From: Chrysomallon squamiferum
Lineage: Eukaryota; Animalia; Mollusca
Direction of reading: 5' to 3'
Assembly: GCA_012295275.1 (NCBI GenBank)
Contig: CM022665.1
Coordinates: forward strand, 29,636,001 to 29,700,000
Length of the DNA stretch: 64,000 nt
The position numbers were made by a program, and so were the translations under genes. Each line of letters opens with the position of its first letter. Within the stretch, counting starts at the first letter, position 1. Positions 54,859 through 64,000 of this stretch are shown in pieces. The notes below the pieces were generated by a model that was given only the letters and a program-made list of their open reading frames with translations, had not been told where the DNA came from and did not search any database.

Positions 54859-54975
54859 TAAAAAAAAAAAAAAAAAAAAAACAATAACACTAATAATAAC
54901 ATTAATAATATATATTACTAATAATTACTATTATTATTATCACTACTACAAGTACTGCTGCTGCTAAAATTACTA

Positions 54976-55315
54976 GAGGTACCGGACCAATTATCCGGAC
55001 TCCTTGGGTCCTGAGGCATTCCGGATTTCTGGACTTCCCGGTTTTCTGGTACCAAGGCATCTAAATACGTAAATAATTAGGCATAAACATTTTAAAATTA
55101 AAAACATAAAGAACACTGACGATACACAACTGTGGCGACTCGACATGTAAACAATGCGGCGAGTGAACGAACGCCACGCGGCTTGAAAGAGTAGTTCCGG
55201 TCTGGTAAGTACAACACCCGCGCGCGCGAACTATGAAAATAGTGTCGGGGAAAACTGTTCACGTATTTCTGGTCTGTCCGGATTTCAGGACTCCGGATAA
55301 TTGGTCCGGTACCTG
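54976..55315. mobile_element. Tigger/pogo-like MITE, 340 bp
   Basis: TIR (G/C)AGGTACCGGACCAATTATCCGGA at both ends, TA on both flanks, sub-terminal TCCGGA repeats, CpG-rich interior. Confidence 0.9.
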
Positions 55316-55832
55316 TACTACTGTTATTACAATATTACTTTCTTTAATACTATTATTGGCAAAAGACAACACGTTATATACTATGGGCGAAGTTTTAGAA
55401 GATCGCTAAATCGCACAAAAGCAATTTTGTTTTCAGCACCAACTCGGATACCATTATTTTAAATTTAGATTTGTACAGCTATTACTGCGTTTAAGGTTTT
55501 ACGAGAATGATAAATACCTTTGCTAAGTCTCGTGAGCAATCTGTTGAGAGAATTTAAAAACGTTCCCCAAAAATCCGTTGGGAATCATGAAAATCCGACT
55601 TTACTTTTCTTGATGAAATGACAACTAACAGAAAAACGAAGTGAACGATTTATGTAAATAAGGGCAAGTTAAAAAAGGGCATATAATGAACACTAACAAA
55701 TATATATATCTGTATCTTTTTTTTTTCAATTATTTTTTTTAATGTAAAAATAATTTAAGCCTATATGAAAGTATTAATACATATTAACATTAACTGGGTG
55801 ATATATGTATGTATGTATGTGTGTGTGTTTGT

Positions 55833-55899
<67 letters not shown>

Positions 55900-56472
55900 G
55901 TAATTCTGAAGCGCAGTGTTAAAGTGATACACCTATATAATGTCGACTAGAAAGCTTTGGCTGGCTGTTAAAAAAATTATCGTAGTGCATCACTGACAAA
56001 CTTGGCATTATTCACACACATAAACACACGAAGATGCATATAATATGCAAGTACATCATAACATACGCACATCATGACACACATTTATGTAAACACAGAT
56101 TATTATTATTCATAATACCATCTCAACGAGTGATTTTATTACAGTCTCTCTAACAAGCTGTAGAAAAATTATGCAAATGGAATAACCATTCTGATTAAGA
56201 GGATTTATTGTATTTTGAGAAAGGAAAATTTCCTTAGCGTTCAAACGGAATGGAAATGGTGGAGCTGAAGAGTTAGTCAGCTGAATAAAATGACATTTGG
56301 TTATCACTTTTTTGCGACTTTGAGTGGTTGGTTTTATGAGTACATTTACTACTTTTTACATGTGTCTGAGTACGTTTCATTCCCTAACGTAGGGTAGTCT
56401 ATGTGTGAGTGTATATCTGAGCATGTGAATGTCTTTGGTTTGTATATGTATGAATCCTAGTAATGTCCCTAA

Positions 56473-56508
<36 letters not shown>

Positions 56509-56541
56509 TGTGTGTGTGTGTGTGTGTGTGTCTCTGTGTGT

Positions 56542-56593
<52 letters not shown>

Positions 56594-57689
56594 CTGCGTA
56601 TAAAAAAAGGGATTCTAACGTGTAGGTTCAGGAATCAGTCATTTAATAAAACATGTAAATTTAAAACTATTTATTAAAAAATTTCTTAGTAATGTAACTA
56701 ATGGACACTGATAACACAACTAATCAGAATAGATCAGTACCAGACTATAGCAAATTGCGTTAACAAACAAGTCAAGCCAAGACTTTTCTTGATAATTTTA
56801 TCTCCATTATTGGACAATGAAACGATTTTCAGGGATGGGTCTAAAATGGGTCATCAGTGGTAGAGAGAGTGAGGGAATCTTATGGAATTTAAATGTAGTG
56901 AGTTAGAAACGTTTAACCTTACATTTATTGTGTTACTTTCAGTCTCGCGTAGATTATACGAATTACCTGAAGTTAGAGCTGGCTCTTTTCCCGTGACGAG
57001 TTGATATAATATGATTTCGTTGTATAAGGGTTATGTGTTTATCGGTTTAAGAGGGCACTGAAACTAAAAACATTATTAAAGATTTTTTTTACTCATTTTA
57101 TTTTTTACTTTAATCTCACATGTTTTATAAGCTTGAGACAAACTTTTCAGTGACAGAATTACAAATATGTATTCTATATATTATATAAACTGTAATCTTC
57201 AACAGACAGGTTTATGCAAATCTGTCATTTTTAGATCATAAAGATTAATATAACATAACATAGATCTTGTTTACATTGCTGTATGTAGCTGTTTTTTTTG
57301 ACTTACTAATCATGAACAGTTTTTTTTACCTCATCAAATAAATCAATGTTCTAGACATGTTTGCGAATGAAATCATGAGAAATTAGAATGTCTTTCGTAC
57401 ATATATATATTTGAACAGAAGTATAAATGTACATTTGTTTAGATTTATAAATGTATGAGTGTTTAGATATATGTTATTTTATAAGCATAAATGTATATTT
57501 GTTTATATGAATGTTGGCATAGATGTATAAATGTATGGGTTTTTTTTATATGCATGTTTGTATAGAAGAATAAAAATATTTTTGTTAAATGAATGTTTGT
57601 GCAGATGTATAAATGTATGTTTGTGTAGAGGTATCAATACATCTGTGTCAGTGGCTTCTTTAAAGTAATGATGATGGAAAAGAGACTAT

Positions 57690-57895
57690 TGGCTGCTGTC
57701 ATTCCTCGGCCTACTCTCGTTAGTTAGCAGCAAGCCATCTTTTCTACGTCATCATGAAACCACACACACGGCCTTTAAAACGAGATTCGTGGCCTCTGGC
57801 TGGAGCGGGAAATAACGTAAGAGTCATCCCAAGGGTAATTCATCTTGTCCACAGTGTGTCCACAGTGCCAGAAGAGACCGATCTATCTTTGTGTA
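57690..57895 (-). mobile_element. Degenerate tRNA-derived SINE remnant (Meta-domain-like), reverse copy
   Basis: ctactct…ttagcagcaag…atctttt…cacggccttt…tcgtgg…ctggctggagcgggaaata matches, from memory, the reverse strand of a mollusc Meta-SINE core. Needs a Dfam/RepBase search. Confidence 0.6.
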
Positions 57896-59449
57896 TATCT
57901 GAGTAAATTTTTATAAAAATATTCCTTAAAGACAGCACGAATGTGTGAAGTATAGGGGAATTTGCTACAATAAGTTTTTGGTGTATGGGTACACGTGATT
58001 GAATTTAATAGTACACATGCACTTTACAGATCCTGATGCTGATATACAGTTAAATAATTACTTTTTATATTAAATATTTCTTGAAGATTATCATATTCAT
58101 AATTATAAAGTTAATATAGTAACCATCACAGATAATAGGTATTTTCCTAAACATAACATTTATATATATATATAAAATATTGATTAGTAACCATTTTATA
58201 AATTTAAATATCGTTAAAAAGATTAATTTTTTTCTTTAAAATATTTAGATGATAAACAAAAAAGGTTAAAACCGATTACTAATACATATATATAAATATG
58301 TATGTATAAAACATGTTTTTCTTTTAAAAGTTATTAAATGCTAATTTAGATATATATATATAAAAAAAATTAAGTTTAAAAAACCCCACTAAATTACCCT
58401 TAACGAGGCAAAAATTGCTAGCACAGAGGACTAATTACAAGACAGACACAAATTTTAATAACATATGTGAAAGTGAATTATATCGAAATTAGCGTAATAA
58501 CAGTCTTAATGGATGAACTAAAAGCATTGTTCAAGTTATCACAAGTTTTGCCTGCGCTCATCTGTCAATCAAATATGACTACAAAACTTTTTAGCAGCAA
58601 ATTTTAATAATCGACCCTCTGCCAATCAAGTATGTTGATTTTTAAAAATTAGACTTCGTCCATTTGCCAGTCAAATGCCAATCGAATGCATCAACTTTCA
58701 AAACCTTAACCTTATCGCACCTGCCAATCAAATGTATCGAGCTTCAGTGTTTTAACATTCTTCCATTTGTCAGTCGGATACAGCGTTATCAAACCAGACA
58801 CGAAGGCAACATCTTCACAGATGGCACACAGTGTGATTTTGTCTGTAATGTTTACTGACACTGAATTTGGTCGAACCATGATTTTCAACCAAAAAATAAA
58901 ATAAAAATAGAACCACAGACCAAATAAGAGTCCTTTCTGATAACCAGTTCATCGATGTTCGCTGCTTTAAGTATTGACTAAATCCGATGCTGAGTACTTT
59001 TCAGAACCATAATTAACGTTGAGAAATTATAGGTTTCTTCAGTGTGTTTATGTTTGCGATCTGGTTTATATGTGCATTCGTGAGTAAAGTGACTACATAT
59101 GTTAGTGTAGAGCAAAATATGCCATTTGATGACAAATTAAAATTTATATTTATTTAAGATCTAGTTACATTGTTTTTAGCACACTATACTGGACACACAG
59201 TGTCTGCAATAAATAACTTTGACTATTACCCAGATATTTTATATATTTACACTGGAATATCTTTGTACCTTTCTAGTAAACACTACACATTGTAAGAACA
59301 GTAGTCATGATAATCATAGAACTGAACGCAGTATCGTGTTTTTGTTTTTTTTTCTTTACAGCTTTCTGATTCAGCGCCAGAGCTAAATTACTGAATTCAA
59401 ATTCTTGCAGTACTCCTTGGCTCGAAATCGAAATATCAGATTTTTAAAT

Positions 59450-59497
<48 letters not shown>

Positions 59498-60672
59498 CAA
59501 AATATCGGATTTTGCCGTAATTACAGTAGAATCAACAGGTATTTTGCCCACGTTTGTGCATGTGCTGCTGGATAACACGTTCGTCTAACAAGCAAAGACG
59601 CTTCAAGTCTCGTCACGACACTGACAGTTACTTTAACACCAGTTCAAATCGTCCGGTAATCTTCTTCAAGCAAACGTCGCGTTACTGAATCGAGTTTTCT
59701 TAAACTTGCGTGATTATCAATGAACTAATGACGACGTGGGCTGATTTTGTATGAATTTTAACTATGACCATTGATGTTTGGAGTGAAAAGGTTATCAGAA
59801 CAGATAGTCCGAGGAATAAATTGAACTTCCTCTGACGAACAAATTCTGTCATGCAATAGCCAACTTGGCTTCAAGCTCCTGCAGCTGGGCAGTAATTAAA
59901 TTTCAAACATCTAGGTGTTTGAAATTTAATTGTTAACCAAACCTATATGTTGTTAATAAGTTAACTTAATTTAGCGAATAAAATAATAATAAAAAAAGTA
60001 AGACAACTGTTTAGATGATTGAATGACTATATTTGAATGAAAGTATACAAATAGCTAAATAAACAAAAAACTTAAAAATAGAAGAAAAAAAAGTCAACAA
60101 CAGCCAATAAATAAATAAATAATAGAAAAATAAATAAGATAAAGGGGAAAATGAAAAGATTATGCTTATATATAAATGGATATTTGAATAAATAATAATA
60201 TGCACGAAAACATCTATCAAAATTCATTTATCTTAATATTTCTATTAACTTCTTGTTTCCCTTAAAGATGAGAGACCTCATAAATGTTAAATCACTAGTT
60301 AAAAAAATAATAATAACAAAAATTCAAATCTCCCTGATCTGATTTTGCTCTCGCAGTATGAAATCTCGCCGCAAGGACTCCAGTGTATGATTTATGATAA
60401 CGTGGAATTAACTTGATGGGATTCTAGAATTTTCCTAAGTTAGAGGTATCAACAACCATTTAAAAAACGATTTTGACTAAAATTAACTTTCAAGATGACA
60501 CTTGGATTGCTAATTTATTTCAGATATTACTATATTACAGTGAAAAAAATATTTTTTAATCACCAAATTTCAGAAACTGGAAGAATTTTTTTTAAGAGAT
60601 AATGGTAACTGATGTTAATATGATTTAAATTACAGATGGAGTAAGTTAAGTGCACCAATTTATATTCATACT

Positions 60673-60905
60673 TGTTAATATTTTAAGGAAGTAAAAGCTC
60701 AGTAAACGTTTGGAAGTTTGATTTGTATCGTTAACAGAACATTTGTACTTTGCTTCTTTTCCACAAATTGAATTATTTGTTCTGAATGAAGCAAAATGGA
60801 ATCTTGGCAAGAATGGTATATGTTGGCTGTTTTTTAAATAATGACATGACTTAAACACTCTCCATTTTTTTTTTTATTTTTTTCTTTTTTTTTTTTTTTT
60901 TTTTT

Positions 60906-60936
<31 letters not shown>

Positions 60937-61503
60937 ATTATTATTATTAAATTATAAATTTTTTTTCAAAATTAATTTGACGAAATAAATACGTTTATTT
61001 TATAGTTAATTCTTCTAATTTATACTAACAAACGGAAAAGGATTCTTTTTTTATTATCTTAACGTTGATCAAATCAAACCTGGCAGCTGACAACGTAACA
61101 CCATACTGATACATGAACGTCGCCATCGTTATATTTATCCACGTCGTCATGATCATCACTGTCAGCATCGTTGTTTTCGACATATTAATCATCTTTTCAA
61201 TCGATATCCAACATCCTATTCTTGTGGACGTCATCGAAATCACCGTCACCTTACAAATGCTACTACGACATGACAGTTACTACATAATTAGCATTGACGT
61301 CTTCGGTGGTCTTTGAAATGGCGGAAACAAGAAAAGAAGAAAAATAAGGTTTAGAAAAAGATTTGCTCTCTGTTGTATTTCAGCGTCCTGCTGGCCTGTC
61401 AGAATTTAAAGTATTTTCAAACGATATAAAATCTATATTGAGATAAAAGCCATTTGTTAGTTACGTCATAGGATAGATAGCTGTTTGTTTTTTTGTTTTT
61501 TTA

Positions 61504-61548
<45 letters not shown>

Positions 61549-61882
61549 AAATAAACAAAAAAAAAAAAATAATAATAATAAAAAGTAAATAAATAAATAA
61601 AAATAATAATAAAAAATATAGTAAATAAATAAATAAGTAAACATTTAAAAAAAATAGCCTATTGATTGTCGAGAACACGTTTTCTTTCTTTTATCATTAT
61701 TATTCTAAAAATTTCATGATAAAAGATTTGTTAAAATAAAATGTTAATATTTTAAGGAAGTAACGGCGCAGTAAACGTTTGGAAGTTTGATTTCTGTATC
61801 GTTAACAGAACATTTGTACTTTGCTTCTTTTCCACAAATTGAATTATTTGTTCTGAATGAAGCAAAGTGGAATCTTGGCAAG
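60673..61882 (+). repeat. Near-identical ~140-bp direct repeat pair about 1.07 kb apart
   Basis: tgttaatattttaaggaagtaa…gaatcttggcaag at 60673-60811 and 61742-61882, with only a few differences. Confidence 0.92.
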
Positions 61883-64000
61883 GAGGAAAAGTAAATATAT
61901 CTGTAACCTGTCAGACATGAGGTTGATTTTATACACACAGATCCCACTCTGAACCTCAAGTATTTATTTTTTTTATATTCCAGATTCTCGATTTTGTAGT
62001 TCTGTACTAGTGTAACAGACATGTGCACATAGCTACATGATGTCTATCGTAGCAGCCATTTTTGCAGTAACTGTATAGTCTTAATAATAGAAACGTGTAG
62101 ATAATACTGATTGGTTTTCTGAGCATTTCAAATAATCTATAATAATAATAAATAATAATAATAATAACAATGATAATGATAATAAATATAACAATAATAA
62201 TAAATATACTAATAATTACAACAACAACAACAATTGTAATAACAATAATAATAATAACAATAACAACAACAACAACAACAATAATAATAATAACAATAAC
62301 AATAATAATAATACACTGGATCCTCTTGGTAGAAAAGAAAATATTTAAATCAGAAAATTATATTAATAACAAGTATTTTAAAATTCGTTAATAAATAAAA
62401 AGATTGAAACTGAAGTAGTTTCATAGATTGTTATATACAATGCACTTCTAAGTAAATTGAACATTTTATTTTTCAGATTGTTCGTCATCTAATCAATGAA
62501 AAATACAATAGGAAAATATTTATCTTAGCCAACAAAGCTCAAATAGTTCGAAATTCGTTGCAATTAGAGCATTATTTGGTTGAAAAAGAATACAGTTTTA
62601 CAGTTGATGTTATTTGTCATTTATATTATGATTTGTTAACGTGGGTTTGTATGTATGTATGTGTGGCTTGTATTGATTGACTTGATGAACAACATGAGTG
62701 ACTACGCATCTAACCAACCTAGCGTCCAAAGAAAATAAACAAAACAAAAACACTCATTGTTAATTATAATATTATTACCTGTTCGAAACTGGATGATATT
62801 ATACTCCTTTAATCTCTTTGATGTTTCTTTTACAGATAGCATATAATCTTCACCAACTCATTTGCACTTAATATATATATAAAAAAATATTTTGTAAATT
62901 AAATGTGGATATTATTACTCAGTGAAATGTCATGTTGAAAAACTATTTGTGTTTTGGTCTCAAGTTGTTTTGATCGTTTAAGAGCAGTGATTAAAAACTC
63001 CACGTTTTGGAGTAATTGGCTGTAACACATTCGCAATCCAAAAAAGACGCTATTGTTTGCCGAGTGTTATTTAAGATTCCGGGTTTTTTTTTTTTTTTTT
63101 TTTTTTCTTGTGTCCTCTCATGCGGAAGCTTAGGAAATTGTTTTAATTATATAGAAGTAGTGCAGAAAGTTCGCATATTCACCAGTAAATACCAAACGGA
63201 AATCCAGATGCATAGTTTGATGGAATTCTTTTCTTTTTTGTAATGATAGAATACCGGTAAAATGTCAGATCGAAACCAGATAAAATAGTTAATAAAAATA
63301 GCCTGAAGATAATATAGATAGATATATAGATAAATAGATAGTTAGATAGATAGATAGATAGGTAGGTAGGTAGGTAGATAGATAGATAGACAGACAGATA
63401 GATAGATAGATAGATGTATAGATATTAACTTTTGAATTAAGCAAAGCAACACCAAACGGAATATTAAAATAATGACATAATATTGTGCGAATATTTTTCT
63501 TCCTTACTTCGGTTTATTTCATTCAAGTACGTTTTCTAGTAAACACTTTATTGATCTGAGCGTCAGACAAAACACTTAAATCACAAGAACACTTTGCCTT
63601 TAATAGCTTTTATCCTTGGACGAGCCATTCAGTTTAGACTCTACACTAACGACTTAACCTGACAAACTGCAAGAAATTAAAACTCTTAAGTTATCGAGTT
63701 AACTTCATCTACGCTGGTTTGACAACGTCGTGACAATGGCGGTTTCCAACGTCTTTCGATAAACCATTTAAAAATCTGCTATCTGCACGCCTCTCGTCAG
63801 ACGCTGAAATCTGATTGTTTCAATTTCCGTACAGAGTTGAGAAGTTCATTGTCAATGTAAATGTCCGAAGATACACAAACACACTCACATACTTATAAAA
63901 AGAAAGATGTACACAAATGTGTACGTTCCCAGTTGTTCAAATCAACGCACACATAGACAGCCACAGCATTCTCATTTAGATACAGGTTTTCATTTCTCGA

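Noticed and set aside
55432-55455. TTCAGCACC as an RE1/REST site
   Set aside because: Only the left half-site matches, and REST/RE1 is not expected in this lineage.
60501-60600. tttcag|ATATTACTATATT as GPCR exon 2
   Set aside because: It reads YYYITVKKIFF and stops soon after. There is no AI..P motif or TM4.
61025-61316. Hydrophobic ORFs resembling transmembrane helices
   Set aside because: Derived from a decayed (ATC/GTC)n trinucleotide tract, with no GPCR motifs or supporting splice structure.

Overview
AT-rich, microsatellite-dense, intron-containing animal genomic DNA. It is probably molluscan (gastropod), inferred from degenerate Meta-domain-SINE-like copies and not proven. Three protein-coding genes are supported. 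(1) The 5' part of ANAPC1 (APC/C subunit 1) lies on the minus strand: 11 coding exons, 475 codons, running off the left edge, with one non-canonical GC-AG intron. (2) A complete ZC2HC1C-like gene lies on the minus strand: 3 coding exons, about 641 aa, two C2HC zinc fingers and a long E/R/K-rich helix. (3) The first coding exon (TM1-TM3) of a class A neuropeptide-type GPCR lies on the plus strand, followed by an intron of more than 32 kb; I could not find exon 2 in the window. Non-coding DNA contains an internally deleted hAT Buster/Charlie element with a perfect 8-bp TSD, two Tc1/mariner-superfamily MITEs, a 1.4-kb element with ~105-bp inverted arms, SINE remnants, minisatellites, local duplications and hairpins. 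I see no prokaryotic systems and no CRISPR arrays. The most unusual signal is speculative: a ~41-bp minisatellite inside the GPCR intron whose units mimic frame-preserving 21-nt cassette exons that would rebuild a DRY motif.
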